Part shown: positions 21,063 to 31,249 of the stretch, piece by piece
Numbering within the stretch: position 1 is the stretch's first letter
Layout: each line of letters opens with the position of its first letter
From: a virus
Taxonomy: Duplodnaviria > Caudoviricetes
Length of the DNA stretch: 57,920 nucleotides
IMG/VR virus record: IMGVR_UViG_3300011115_000450
Coordinates: 1-57,920 of that record
Direction: 5' to 3' (one strand)
The notes under the pieces: generated by a model
Seen by the model: only the letters and a program-made list of their open reading frames with translations
Databases searched by the model: none
What the model was told of the DNA's origin: nothing
Position numbers and translations under genes: made by a program

Positions 21063-21722
21063 TTAAGCCTCCGTCCTTGACGTAGAACGATCAGTGATCT
21101 TCTTGATGTCCTCTGTGTTAAGAGAGGCTTTAGCGTCGTCGTAAAAGTTTTTCCACACCCCAATGCGCTCATCGTTCTTGAGGAAGGGGGTTGCTTCCAA
21201 CAAAGCACCATACAGAATAAGCTGCGGAGCGTATTCCGTCAGCCAGTTTGTTTGTTGCTCTGTGCTGAGAAGGGGAGGAAGCTCGTAATAAAGGACTTCA
21301 AACGGATAGTTCTGATCAGGGGTCGCAGCAAAAATCCAGTTTGTATAGCTGTAATCTGCGTAGAACTGTGGCGCACCAAAAACAGTTTCATCGGGCCAGA
21401 AGTTGCGAAGATACTCGTAGGATCGTGGAAAGATTTGATTGCGGGTGTTGTATGTTGCGCCACTTCCAAAGTTTATGGAGATTGTTTCGCGCCATCTGTC
21501 CGGCTTGGGATAGACGGCCAATCCAGCCACCATCTGCGAGGTGGTGACAACCTGAAAGCCTTGGATCTTCAGTTCACGCGAGATGCGGCGTTCGGCAAGC
21601 GTAATCAGTCTCGGAATCTGTTCAAAAACAATGGGGTCAACTTCAGCAGAATACCCGCGCTCAAGGTAATTTCTTACATCAGCTTGCAACTCATTGAATG
21701 TCATTCCGGTTTGGGATGTCAT
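21063..21722 (-). CDS. Putative head-tail adaptor protein
   Basis: ITLAERRI..ATPDQNY..NWL..APQLILYGALLEA. Confidence 0.6.
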   Translation of the reverse strand: MTSQTGMTFNELQADVRNYLERGYSAEVDPIVFEQIPRLITLAERRISRELKIQGFQVVTTSQMVAGLAVYPKPDRWRETISINFGSGATYNTRNQIFPRSYEYLRNFWPDETVFGAPQFYADYSYTNWIFAATPDQNYPFEVLYYELPPLLSTEQQTNWLTEYAPQLILYGALLEATPFLKNDERIGVWKNFYDDAKASLNTEDIKKITDRSTSRTEA

Positions 21723-22318
21723 GCCAAGAACCTTTCATACGCACTTGCCAACTTTACATCATATTGGTTCTGAGCGTAAGCGGGTCCGTTGTATTTTTTA
21801 GCAAATCCGGCCCAATCTTTGTTCTGTATTTCATCAACCAGCCCAGCGGACCTAATAAAGTTGGCCATGTGCTTCAGTTGGTTGCCTTCACTCTCCATTG
21901 CCTGTTCAACCATCTCGGCAACAGACGATGCTCCAGCGGCTTTGTAGTTCGATCCCATGATCTGCCCAAGTCCCCATGACGTAGCCAGCAAAGCAGCATC
22001 TGGGTCTATTTCGTAAGCGGCTTCGATCTCCGCATAGACCGCATCAGACCCTCTAGGGTATGGCTTCTCACCCCATTTTGGGTAAGCCAGACCAGCCTCA
22101 ACAGCCAATTCCAGCTTCTCTGGCTGGGCCTTGAGCCACTTGTAGAAATGATGCCGTTCAAACAAAGCCTTTGGCCGGCCAGCTGCGTCGAACCCAGAAC
22201 CAGCCGCTTCAACAGACATAACAGCGCGAAGGGCAGCTGGTTCAATGTCTAATTCATGCGCCGTAGCCACAACGTCATCCGGCTGAATTTTTGCCGCAGC
22301 ACCTTTGAACCCGTTCAT
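21719..22318 (-). CDS. Endolysin, N-acetylmuramidase (DUF3380 type)
   Basis: AVMSVE..G.GF..LFERH.F..SWGLGQIMGSN..WAGFAKKYNGP.Y..N.YD.KL. Confidence 0.9.
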   Translation of the reverse strand: MNGFKGAAAKIQPDDVVATAHELDIEPAALRAVMSVEAAGSGFDAAGRPKALFERHHFYKWLKAQPEKLELAVEAGLAYPKWGEKPYPRGSDAVYAEIEAAYEIDPDAALLATSWGLGQIMGSNYKAAGASSVAEMVEQAMESEGNQLKHMANFIRSAGLVDEIQNKDWAGFAKKYNGPAYAQNQYDVKLASAYERFLA

Positions 22319-22833
22319 TTCTTATCTCCAACCATAGCGTCAGTCTTTGCTTTGCTGCCAGCCGACGATCCAAAGTAAAACTGCACGATGCCCGTCCATG
22401 CTGTTCCAAGCGCACCGAGCATATAGATCAGTGTTTCAGAACCTGTTGGTGGCACACCTTTAGTCAGCAGCCAAGTTAAAATACCAAAGAACCCAAACGT
22501 GACCAAGATGGCCATTGCGCGGGGAATCCAGTCATTCGTGTGCATCTGCATATTTCGTGCAGAATCACGGTCCCCAGCTGCAATCTTCTCAAGATCAATG
22601 TCCAGCTCCTTCATTTTTAACTTGAAGGTGGCGTCTGTCTCTTTCAGCTTCTGCAACTGCTCTGGCGTGGCGTTCATTAGAGCGGCTGACACATCGGATT
22701 CGCTTGCATCCTGATGGCCGAACATTGCTTCCGAAAGAGTTTTCACTGCTAGCCCTGCGAGGGGACCACCAAGTGCTGTCGCTACTGTTGGTGCTACCTG
22801 AGCCAAAAGGCCACCGATTTTTGAAAGGTCCAT
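22315..22833 (-). CDS. Putative holin
   Basis: APTVATALGGPLAG..DRDSAR, two TM helices, YFGSS; adjacent to the endolysin. Confidence 0.7.
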   Translation of the reverse strand: MDLSKIGGLLAQVAPTVATALGGPLAGLAVKTLSEAMFGHQDASESDVSAALMNATPEQLQKLKETDATFKLKMKELDIDLEKIAAGDRDSARNMQMHTNDWIPRAMAILVTFGFFGILTWLLTKGVPPTGSETLIYMLGALGTAWTGIVQFYFGSSAGSKAKTDAMVGDKK

Positions 22834-23304
22834 TCATTTCATCCCCAAAAGTATGATCCCAACACAGAAAATTACCGCAACCCCAAACATGACAATGACG
22901 GTGACTACGGTTGCTTCCTTGATTTCCTCAAGTTTAGCGGCCCTAGCCTTCTCATCTTCCCATTTCTGGCGTTCAATTTCCTTGCGGATGTTAATCACCT
23001 CGCGCTGGACCTGATCCCATGCGGCCAGCCCATATGTCCCAACAAACAGGTTTCTGGCTTTAAGCGTTAGATCAAGAGCTTCAGCTTTGGCAGTATACCG
23101 TTCGATAGCAATCTGCTCTGCGCCTTTGGTGTTGAAGAATGTCTTCTTTGGTGGATCCGCTGCTATCTGCGTAAGTTTGGCCAGACTTCCCCATAGATCC
23201 GACAGATCCTTTGCCATGTGCTGGATCTCTTTTCCAGCAGCAATGCCAACCTTCAACCCGCTATATGCGGTTTGGGCGACAGCAAGGATTGTCAGCGGGT
23301 CCAT
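22834..23304 (-). CDS. Membrane protein
   Basis: MDPLTILA N-terminus, coiled coil, C-terminal TM helix. Confidence 0.65.
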   Translation of the reverse strand: MDPLTILAVAQTAYSGLKVGIAAGKEIQHMAKDLSDLWGSLAKLTQIAADPPKKTFFNTKGAEQIAIERYTAKAEALDLTLKARNLFVGTYGLAAWDQVQREVINIRKEIERQKWEDEKARAAKLEEIKEATVVTVIVMFGVAVIFCVGIILLGMK

Positions 23305-23537
23305 TATTTGTCTGCCTTCGACTCAAGACGGTCAAATATCTTTCCAAGAATGTCTTTAACTTCCTTGATCTCGCTCTTGAACTCATCCTTGCGAATGTAG
23401 TTTGCCGGAAGATCAACCTCTATCTTATGCACGTTTGTGCGCAGATCTCCGACAGCATCCCACAAAGCCTTGCCAAACCAACCAAGGCCAGACATGACAA
23501 TGCCGATCAAGATGTTGATGATCTGTTGCATTTCCAT
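23304..23537 (-). CDS. Small membrane protein (lysis-associated?)
   Basis: N-terminal TM helix plus coiled coil ending RLESKADK. Confidence 0.65.
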   Translation of the reverse strand: MEMQQIINILIGIVMSGLGWFGKALWDAVGDLRTNVHKIEVDLPANYIRKDEFKSEIKEVKDILGKIFDRLESKADK

Positions 23538-24760
23538 TACGCAATTTCCGCTTCAGCCGTGTAATGAACTGCACACTGGTTGCCAGCTGCTGTAGCGGCT
23601 GGAGAAGTTGCAGTGAAGCCAAACCCAGTTTCACCTGAGTTGACAGCCGTTGTAACCGTAAAATCGGCTGGAACCGTGATGTTCCTAGCCTGAGCATTGG
23701 CCGCAGATGGGTTGTAGAACGTAATAGTTGTTGGAGTCGTTCGCATTGTTGGTCGTAGCTGAATTGGCCCAGCTGCCATTGCAGTAGATGCCGCTACAAT
23801 TTGACCAAACGTCAACGCCCCGACAAGCCCTGCGTTCTGTGCTGGAGCTGTCCCTTGAGAAAACGACTTTTGGTAATAGCGTTGATTAGCCAGCAACTCA
23901 TGGCCATACAGGTTTTCTTCAAATGGAGTGGCAACGGCCCCATCCTCAAACTGCACACCAGTGACATAGAATGTTGCTGCTGATACAGCCACGACGTTAA
24001 CCGAGCTAGTTGCGCCAACATAGTTTGCCGATGCCCATGTTGACGCTGCACCAAGGAACGACGAACCAGCACCCATATTGAAGCGAACCCGGATACCAGC
24101 ACCATTGGTTGTCAGCCATGTTCCAGTTGTATCTCCGGGTATTGTGACGCTGACGCGCTGCCAGACACCGGGAGCGTCCACGTTGAATACAAACGGGTAT
24201 GAGCGGTTTCTTGCGCTGTTTGTCAAAGCCCCGCTATGCGTCCCCGTGATTGAACTAAAGACGTAGAACGAAAGCGTTACAGACTCAGCAAAAGTTGTCC
24301 CCCACCCAAGGTCAGAAATGTTGTAGCCTTCGATGGGCTGTTCAACAGCAAAATAGTCTGATGATGCTGGTGTGTATGCTGACGAGGAAATCACTCCAAG
24401 ATAATACTGGAATGGGTAGCTCACTGTTGTGATTGGGGTTGTCGTATAGCGACCTATTGTGAACTTAGAACCAGTTGAAACATAATATGCCCAACGATCC
24501 AAAACATATGTCAGTGTAGCTGTTGTTGTTGCTGAAACAGCAGTCCCTTCGTTACGCTGATCAAATGTCATATTGCCATTGATAAGTCGATTCCGAATGA
24601 AAGAGTATGGCGGCTTAAACGATCCATTGAGTGTTGTTGCGCCCGGAACTGTAAGCCCATTCCCAAGGGATACGTTGCCGCTCGTGTCCATCGCAATGTT
24701 GGTTACGGGTGAACCTGATGAGGCTGGGTTAAGGATGTTTGCTACGTTAAGAGTGGACAT
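23537..24760 (-). CDS. Tail fibre / receptor-binding protein
   Basis: RNRLINGNM..DQR..LDRW..VTGVQFE.G..ATPFE..ELLANQRYYQKS. Confidence 0.75.
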   Translation of the reverse strand: MSTLNVANILNPASSGSPVTNIAMDTSGNVSLGNGLTVPGATTLNGSFKPPYSFIRNRLINGNMTFDQRNEGTAVSATTTATLTYVLDRWAYYVSTGSKFTIGRYTTTPITTVSYPFQYYLGVISSSAYTPASSDYFAVEQPIEGYNISDLGWGTTFAESVTLSFYVFSSITGTHSGALTNSARNRSYPFVFNVDAPGVWQRVSVTIPGDTTGTWLTTNGAGIRVRFNMGAGSSFLGAASTWASANYVGATSSVNVVAVSAATFYVTGVQFEDGAVATPFEENLYGHELLANQRYYQKSFSQGTAPAQNAGLVGALTFGQIVAASTAMAAGPIQLRPTMRTTPTTITFYNPSAANAQARNITVPADFTVTTAVNSGETGFGFTATSPAATAAGNQCAVHYTAEAEIA

Positions 24761-24770
24761 CTATGCCTCC

Positions 24771-25643
24771 TTAAGCCCAAGTGCCAACGCTGGTATTAGC
24801 ACCAGTGATGCCTATCGGATAGATTAGCATGTAAGACCCTTGGATAATAGTCGAAGTTGTCGGAACCGCGCTGTATGCGAACTGTGGGTTCAAGCCAACA
24901 ACGTCAGTTGCAACGTCGATCACACCCTTGATAAGCACGTTATGGCTTGATGCTGCCGCAGCTGAAGCCGCAGATACGGTCACAAGCGTTGAGAAACCTG
25001 TAGAAATGTTGTTGCCCATTTGGTTGGCAGCAGCAGGAGTAAGTGCCAAAGCTGCCGTATCCGATATGACCGTATACTGATGCGATGTTAGCGTTCCGCT
25101 TGTTACAGCAAGTGCATATTGGATTGCCGCAGCGTTGGCTGATGTCTTTGCCGTTGAAAAGTAAATTTCATATGCGTATCGAACACCCGCCGTTAAATTG
25201 CACCCAACGCCAAAGATGGAGAATGTGGTTGCCGCAGTGGGGCCAGTTCTTACAGCGTTTAAGGCATAATACTGAGCAGTAGGAATGACCCCACGCTGTT
25301 GAGACAGTGGTGTCCCCATGAAGATTGGGTTTGCGGATGGGCTTCCAAACTCAAGTGTCCCTGTTGCAGCTGTGGCAAGAACCACGCCAGCGGCAATGTT
25401 GATAGGGGCCGTCGATGTCGTTCCAGCCTTGATTGACACTGTGGCTTGTGGCGACGTTACACCAAACCCAGTGTTGCCGTTTGATTCTGTGCGCGACCGT
25501 TCAACACCATTGGTCGCTATGCCAATAGCACCAGCCGCAGGGAAGAAGATCCCAGTATCTGCATCCGTTCCCTGATAGGCTGGAACCGCAGCTGTCCCAT
25601 CCAACCCGCTTATACCGCTTGTCGCATTGAGGAGGATTGTCAT
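24771..25643 (-). CDS. Tail fibre-like protein
   Basis: DGTAAVPA..DADTGIF..GNTGFGVTSP. Confidence 0.7.
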   Translation of the reverse strand: MTILLNATSGISGLDGTAAVPAYQGTDADTGIFFPAAGAIGIATNGVERSRTESNGNTGFGVTSPQATVSIKAGTTSTAPINIAAGVVLATAATGTLEFGSPSANPIFMGTPLSQQRGVIPTAQYYALNAVRTGPTAATTFSIFGVGCNLTAGVRYAYEIYFSTAKTSANAAAIQYALAVTSGTLTSHQYTVISDTAALALTPAAANQMGNNISTGFSTLVTVSAASAAAASSHNVLIKGVIDVATDVVGLNPQFAYSAVPTTSTIIQGSYMLIYPIGITGANTSVGTWA

Positions 25644-25646
25644 GGT

Positions 25647-27005
25647 TTATGTCCCTGATAGCTGATACTGAGGTGAAAATGTGTAGTTAGTTCCAGATGT
25701 CGGCGCAAATGATGATCCTGCATCAAGGTTTGCTGGAGTTGTAAAAACAAAAGCTGGAGTAGACGATGCCAAACCAGTTGCGTCTGTTACATAGCTAAAA
25801 TCAGAAATTGTATATGTTCCAGTAGTTGTTGTTGGTGTAGCGGTGTTAGGTATTGTTACGTTTGTTAAAGTTTGGTTTCGCACAATATTACCATTCACTG
25901 ACATTTTTACAAAAACAGTTGTATAAATACTAAAACTATTGCCTTTTGCCTTGCCAACTAAATACACATTACCGCTTTGGTAAAATGTAGAAAGCGCAAC
26001 AACCCCATCAGTAGTCCCTCCAGTCAATGTTAAACTTTTGAAAGATGAAACACTTAAATCAGACATGGCTATTTTTAGAAACCCAGCTTGATTTTTCCCC
26101 GCCCCATAAGCGTCAACAATCGCTACAGCAAGATAAAAATATGTGCCGTCTGAAACAAATTGTTTGTTAACGCCAAATGTGTAAACTGAAGAAGGTGGAG
26201 AAATAATATTAAATGCTAAGTTTGTTCCAGATGTATTGTATTTTGAAAAAAAGATAGCTTGCGTAGTTATAGTAGCGGAATTGTATGAAAACCCTGATAA
26301 AACATATATATTGTCAGCTGAGTCAATGTATGTTTCAAGCGGATAATTTGCGCCCGCCCCTGCAACTCCAGTATATGTGATTTCTCTTTGCCACGTTATT
26401 GCAGCAGTTGCTGCGGATAGTTTCATTATAACCGTTCGCATAACAGTTGCTGTTATTTTATATACGCAAAGAATAACTTCTCCTGCATTGTTTATGTTGA
26501 TATTTGAAGTGCCATAAATTGTTCCAGATTCAGCAAGATTCTTTTGCCATTGAATTGCAAATGATGAGTTGTATTTAATGATGTAAAACCCAGTCGCGCT
26601 AAAACCAACGGCATAAAGATTGCCTGATGAGTCTAAAGTGCAATCCAAGAACTGTGTTATACCTGTAACGGTCCTGTAATTTATCGCTGTTGTTGAAATT
26701 GGACTAGCAGGGATAACGCATAATGACCCTAATCCCTGTGTTATAGAACAAATTTGCGAGCCAACTCGCTTGGGCCTGAAAAGACCACCCGTGTAATATG
26801 TTGATGCCGAGGATGTTAAATCAGCTGTTAAATTTGCGTTATACGCTTGGCTATCGGTTCCAAGAACTGACCCATCCGTAAACTGAACAAGACTTTCAAT
26901 CGTAAAATTTATTAGCCCTTGAGATTGGATAAGAAGATACGGGCTTGATCTTCCAAACCCATATGCTCTTGCAGATGTTGCCCCAAGTGTGTTGATTAAA
27001 GGCAT
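25647..27005 (-). CDS. Beta-propeller-like tail-associated protein (AT-rich gene)
   Basis: LDSSGNLYAVG..IIKYNSS..WQK repeats. Confidence 0.65.
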   Translation of the reverse strand: MPLINTLGATSARAYGFGRSSPYLLIQSQGLINFTIESLVQFTDGSVLGTDSQAYNANLTADLTSSASTYYTGGLFRPKRVGSQICSITQGLGSLCVIPASPISTTAINYRTVTGITQFLDCTLDSSGNLYAVGFSATGFYIIKYNSSFAIQWQKNLAESGTIYGTSNININNAGEVILCVYKITATVMRTVIMKLSAATAAITWQREITYTGVAGAGANYPLETYIDSADNIYVLSGFSYNSATITTQAIFFSKYNTSGTNLAFNIISPPSSVYTFGVNKQFVSDGTYFYLAVAIVDAYGAGKNQAGFLKIAMSDLSVSSFKSLTLTGGTTDGVVALSTFYQSGNVYLVGKAKGNSFSIYTTVFVKMSVNGNIVRNQTLTNVTIPNTATPTTTTGTYTISDFSYVTDATGLASSTPAFVFTTPANLDAGSSFAPTSGTNYTFSPQYQLSGT

Positions 27006-27012
27006 AGATAAC

Positions 27013-27555
27013 CTACTTAAACTGTGACAATGTTGCTAGGGCAGTAAATGCGGCTGATCCAGTTTTGATGATTGTGTATGTGTAAACGTCTATGCCAGAG
27101 GCGTTTCCAGCTGTGGGAGCAGCTCCACCTTGCCACTTTGGCGTTACGGATGCTCCATCAACAGTCATAGCCGTTTGATAATATGAAGCTCCTGATGCAC
27201 CCTGTGTAACCATGAACACAACCGTTACAGCCTGACCTGTTGCCAAAACGGTGTTTAGGCTTGTTGTTCCATTCCCGCGAAAATTTACCGTGAATGTTCC
27301 TGATGCCGCCGTTGTATAATACAAGACTGATTGGGTCAGCACATCATAGTTCAAAGCACCAGTTGCTGCAGATGCAGATACCGTGACGGTTTCACCAATG
27401 TTCTGGAATGTGGCAGCAAGGGTGTTTGTGCCGCTGGTAGGCGTGTCACTTAGCAGCTTAGTTCCAGATGTTGGCAACTGAAGCACGTTGGCAACAGCAG
27501 TGGACGATGCCTGAAGCTCCGTATATCCAGCAGATCCTGAAATTCGTAATGGCAT
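27013..27555 (-). CDS. Tail-associated protein
   Basis: KWQGGAAPT..IDVYTYTIIKT motif. Confidence 0.65.
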   Translation of the reverse strand: MPLRISGSAGYTELQASSTAVANVLQLPTSGTKLLSDTPTSGTNTLAATFQNIGETVTVSASAATGALNYDVLTQSVLYYTTAASGTFTVNFRGNGTTSLNTVLATGQAVTVVFMVTQGASGASYYQTAMTVDGASVTPKWQGGAAPTAGNASGIDVYTYTIIKTGSAAFTALATLSQFK

Positions 27556-27565
27556 GACTCTATCC

Positions 27566-27775
27566 TTAAATAATGGCCCAAGAGCTGCCAGTCGGGATTG
27601 TTACTGTGACGCCAGTGTTGATCGTAACAGGGCCAGTAGACGAAGCGTTCTGTCCCGTGGAGATGGTATAGCTGGATGATACGGTCTGATCGTTCTGGTA
27701 AAAAATCTGGTTGCCGGAGCTGCCTGTCGGCTGCGTCGGGTTTGGGATCGTATCAAGATAACCTGTTCCAGACAT
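27566..27775 (-). CDS. Small structural protein
   Basis: GPVTINTGVTVTIPTGSSW. Confidence 0.65.
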   Translation of the reverse strand: MSGTGYLDTIPNPTQPTGSSGNQIFYQNDQTVSSSYTISTGQNASSTGPVTINTGVTVTIPTGSSWAII

Positions 27776-27787
27776 ATCTGCCCCCTG

Positions 27788-28114
27788 TTAGGTAATGTTC
27801 AGAACGGACACGATGGCATCAGCAGACGTTACCGTATTGGAAATAACCTTCAATGCGTCGCCTGTAATCAGCACAACCTTTTGATCGCCACCAATCGCCA
27901 CAAACGTGCGCCCTACTGGAATCGTAGCGTTATTCACAATGTAGTAGTCAACGGCTGAACGAGTGAAATACAGGCTTGCCGTAATTGCCGAAGCCGATGT
28001 GTTACAGATCGTCGCACCGATAATGGTTGTCTGTGTTGCAGCTGCCACCGTGACAAGGGTTGAGGCGGCGGTGGTAACATTCTTTGCTGCGTAAGACGTA
28101 AATGTGTTTGCCAT
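27788..28114 (-). CDS. Structural protein
   Basis: AGGAG RBS; MANTF.. beta-sandwich-like sequence. Confidence 0.65.
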   Translation of the reverse strand: MANTFTSYAAKNVTTAASTLVTVAAATQTTIIGATICNTSASAITASLYFTRSAVDYYIVNNATIPVGRTFVAIGGDQKVVLITGDALKVISNTVTSADAIVSVLNIT

Positions 28115-28125
28115 CTTTGGTCTCC

Positions 28126-28593
28126 TTAGAACCCAAATACCTTCTGGATAAGCTGCCACTTACCAGATGTGCTGTTATACATGAAAGTCAGATAGTCATA
28201 TTTACCAGCACCGCTTGTCGCTGACGGCAAAGCAATATCTGTCGAACCCTGATATGTCGATCCCCACGAGAACGTCTGGACGGCATCAGACTTGAGCCGG
28301 ATCATCAGACGCTGGCAATCAGTGGGGGTTCCCGTTGGGTTTGCGATTGTCAAAGCACCAATGGTCTGTGTGTTGAACTGCTCGGCAATGTCTGTCGTGT
28401 CGATGTTTGGCGTGATTGTCCTCGCATCAGCAACAAGGACAACACGGACAGAGAACGCCAGAGGAATGGTTGCAAGCGTTGTGCGGTAGGTTGCGCCGTT
28501 CTGAACAATCATCAAAGACGAGCTTGCAGAGACCGTTGGAGCCAACGGAAGCTGCGAAATTGAGATTGGGACAAGATTTGACGGGACGCTCAT
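28126..28593 (-). CDS. Structural/tail protein
   Basis: ISISQLP N-terminus; coupled ORF. Confidence 0.6.
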   Translation of the reverse strand: MSVPSNLVPISISQLPLAPTVSASSSLMIVQNGATYRTTLATIPLAFSVRVVLVADARTITPNIDTTDIAEQFNTQTIGALTIANPTGTPTDCQRLMIRLKSDAVQTFSWGSTYQGSTDIALPSATSGAGKYDYLTFMYNSTSGKWQLIQKVFGF

Positions 28594-28892
28594 GGAATGA
28601 AATATCCGTTCATGTTTTCGTTGATGATGAAGTAGTTGTCATCTTCCGTAACGATCCCAGCAGGGTCTGTCGCTATATTAACATCAGGCCGCACAAAAGG
28701 TAAGGTAATCTTTTCAGGCTGTCTGGCCGGCAAACGATACGGATCTAGCTCATCACGGTCAGCCAGACACACGCGCAACCCCGGAGAGTTCATATCTGGA
28801 AACAGTTCGTCCAGAGACATCTTCCTATTGCATCGGTCACATACGCCGATGCCCAATGTAGATCTGCCTCGTGTGTCCAGATAAATTGGCAT
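28590..28892 (-). CDS. Conserved phage protein with CxxC motif
   Basis: GVCDRC..GLRVC..D..DP..RPD. Confidence 0.65.
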   Translation of the reverse strand: MPIYLDTRGRSTLGIGVCDRCNRKMSLDELFPDMNSPGLRVCLADRDELDPYRLPARQPEKITLPFVRPDVNIATDPAGIVTEDDNYFIINENMNGYFIP

Positions 28893-28893
28893 G

Positions 28894-29949
28894 TTATGTC
28901 GTATACATTGAGATGTTTGGAGCAACCATGAACGGAGAGTTATCACGCTCTTCGTTGAAGGCGGCGGTCATTTCACGGGCAGCAATAGGCTGAAGCCGCT
29001 CTGCCATAGCAATGTCCACCTGTGGGATCTCGTAGCACAAGCGAAGAGCCAGTTCCCATGTGATCGCATCAACCCAACGCTGCGGCAGTTCGATTGTCTG
29101 CTGCAATGTGCCAACATCCATAATGTGACGTTGCCGCCAAGTCACGAATTGCGCGAACTGAGCTTGGTTATCAGGGACTGGCCAAAGTCGCGCAATCGGC
29201 GCAGCGAGTTGGCGATCCAGCCAAAACTGCAAAGGGCGACCTTGAAAGGTTTTGTTAGGAAGGTTGGTGTAGTCATCTTGATTGAGACGAGCGAAAGGAA
29301 TCTCTGTCGGATTTCCTGCCACGACAAATTCTGCCACATCGAGCGTTGCTCCACCTGTTTCACGGACTTTCCAATACTGAGCTTGGATGCTTGGATTGAG
29401 ATCATACCAATTCCAACCGCCAGCAGTGTATGTTGTTGCGCCGGGGGAGAGAACGTCAACGTATGTGATGTTGTCCAAGGAATACGAAAAAACTAGCGTA
29501 TAACTTGCGGCAGTTTTCATATTGATGCCAAGCGTCGTTACGATTTGCGCTTGAGACAGATTTAGGACGATGTTTCCGTTCGGAGCCGTTTGAGTGCAAG
29601 CCGTCGTAAGATCCTCATCTTCCGCATAGTCGGCGGTTCCCGAACTGGATGTTGCCGTCCCATTGAAACGGGACAACCACCGATAGTTTGAGTTGAGAAG
29701 ATCCACAGTCCCCGTCGGCATAGTCACATAGCCATTGCCAAGGTAGAAAGGCAGGATCAGCTTCTCAATGGTCCAGAGCTGGATGCCTTTGTTGCACAGA
29801 GCAGAAATCATCAAATAAAGGCTTTTCAGGGCGGTGTCCTGCATCTCAGACGAGACTGTTTCAGGCGGGACTTTCACCCGTCTGAACGCCTGGTCCAAAA
29901 TGCTATTCGTATTGAATAGCGTTGCGCTGACCGTCCCTGACGTAGCCAT
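28894..29949 (-). CDS. Putative head-completion/adaptor protein
   Basis: MATSGT..GIQLWTI..Y..LPNK..QGRP.Q.W..P.RW. Confidence 0.6.
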   Translation of the reverse strand: MATSGTVSATLFNTNSILDQAFRRVKVPPETVSSEMQDTALKSLYLMISALCNKGIQLWTIEKLILPFYLGNGYVTMPTGTVDLLNSNYRWLSRFNGTATSSSGTADYAEDEDLTTACTQTAPNGNIVLNLSQAQIVTTLGINMKTAASYTLVFSYSLDNITYVDVLSPGATTYTAGGWNWYDLNPSIQAQYWKVRETGGATLDVAEFVVAGNPTEIPFARLNQDDYTNLPNKTFQGRPLQFWLDRQLAAPIARLWPVPDNQAQFAQFVTWRQRHIMDVGTLQQTIELPQRWVDAITWELALRLCYEIPQVDIAMAERLQPIAAREMTAAFNEERDNSPFMVAPNISMYTT

Positions 29950-30842
29950 TAGATCTTACCGCCTTTTTTACGAGCGATGCCCTGCAATGCAAGAGGTGAT
30001 GGTGGAGTTGCATTATCAAGATCAGGACCAGCATTGCTGTTCTGACCAATCATTCCGGGGAGTTTAGGGCCACCGGAAGGATACTGCTTTGGTGGCTCTA
30101 CCTTTTTGGTGAAGCCCTTGTCGGAACGCATCTTGCGCATCCCACCCATAGCAAAGCCCTCTGGATCTGACTCATAACCAGTCTGCTTGCGGGTGTTGTA
30201 AAGGTTTTTCAGCGACTTGTTCAGCTGCCTTGCGGGAGCCATCGCATTGTCTTGAACTTCACGGGATGCTTTAGCTACCTCGGTGCGTTCAGACCGCATA
30301 CCACCTTCAGCATAACCGCCTTTGGCTTTCTTCATAATTGCGCCACCGCGCTTCTTCTGAACAATGTCAGCAAGTTCCTGTTCAGCCTTTGTCCGAGATA
30401 CACCGTAATTGTAGTTGCTCTTTACTGGCTTTGGCGATTCATCTTCGCCGCTTCCAATAACAATCGCTGGCTCCCCAGCTTTGCCCATTCGGACGCCGGG
30501 CATACTATATTGCTTGCGCACAAACTCAGGCTGGCTTGTCGATCCCGACCGGTAATCGTTCTCTTCCGCAACATTCTTCATGCGAGAACCAGCTTTATCA
30601 GGGGTAAAGCTCTCATCACCGGGGCCATGTGGCCCAACATCAACTTTTGGTTTGGGCTTTGCCAATTCGGTTCCATACATTTTGCCACGGAACTCAAATG
30701 TCTTGTCGCCGCGCTTACGGGCTTCGCCAAAGGCATCGTTAAACTGAGAGCGGATAGACCCGCCTTCAGCCTTCTTCATAACCTTGCCACCCCAGCAATA
30801 GTGGCCTTCCATCATTTGCTGTTTTGTCTTGAAGCCCTTCAT
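29949..30842 (-). CDS. Basic internal head protein with repeated xxxGG motifs
   Basis: KAEGG, KKRGG, KAKGG, YAEGG, FAMGG, KKGG. Confidence 0.6.
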   Translation of the reverse strand: MKGFKTKQQMMEGHYCWGGKVMKKAEGGSIRSQFNDAFGEARKRGDKTFEFRGKMYGTELAKPKPKVDVGPHGPGDESFTPDKAGSRMKNVAEENDYRSGSTSQPEFVRKQYSMPGVRMGKAGEPAIVIGSGEDESPKPVKSNYNYGVSRTKAEQELADIVQKKRGGAIMKKAKGGYAEGGMRSERTEVAKASREVQDNAMAPARQLNKSLKNLYNTRKQTGYESDPEGFAMGGMRKMRSDKGFTKKVEPPKQYPSGGPKLPGMIGQNSNAGPDLDNATPPSPLALQGIARKKGGKI

Positions 30843-30994
30843 TTTGCTCTCCTAGCGGCAGCTGCGTTGTCAACGAGATTGGGGTATGGGCGACCAGCTT
30901 TCTTGGCCGAGGCTTTGGCAGATGCAACCTGAGAAGGAGTCAGCGTTTTGCTCTTCTTCTTTGGGTTCTTAGTTTCCCAAAACTTCTTTTCCAT
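30839..30994 (-). CDS. Small basic protein (51 aa; not in the ORF track)
   Basis: MEKKFWETKNPKKKSKTLTPSQVASAKASAKKAGRPYPNLVDNAAAARRAK; ATGA-coupled. Confidence 0.65.
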   Translation of the reverse strand: MEKKFWETKNPKKKSKTLTPSQVASAKASAKKAGRPYPNLVDNAAAARRAK

Positions 30995-30995
30995 A

Positions 30996-31244
30996 TCAGC
31001 AACCCCATGCTTTCAACGATTTGTTGATACGGCTATTGGGATCGTTGGCCGTCTTAGATGATGTCAGTTTGCTTTTCATCCCAGACATTCTGGCGCAAAA
31101 TGACTTATGGCGCGGATTATCGGAATCTTTGCTTGGAGCTTTCAGGTTCATTCCTTGGGCCTTAGCAGAGGCTCGACCCTTTGCATTTAAGCCGCCGGAA
31201 GGGTTTTTGCCTTCTTTACGTTGCCATGCAGGGGTCTTTGCCAT
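30996..31244 (-). CDS. Conserved basic phage protein (DUF6321-like)
   Basis: AWQRKEGKNPSGGLNAKGRAS..SFCARM..SRINKSLKAWGC. Confidence 0.75.
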   Translation of the reverse strand: MAKTPAWQRKEGKNPSGGLNAKGRASAKAQGMNLKAPSKDSDNPRHKSFCARMSGMKSKLTSSKTANDPNSRINKSLKAWGC

Positions 31245-31249
31245 GTCGA

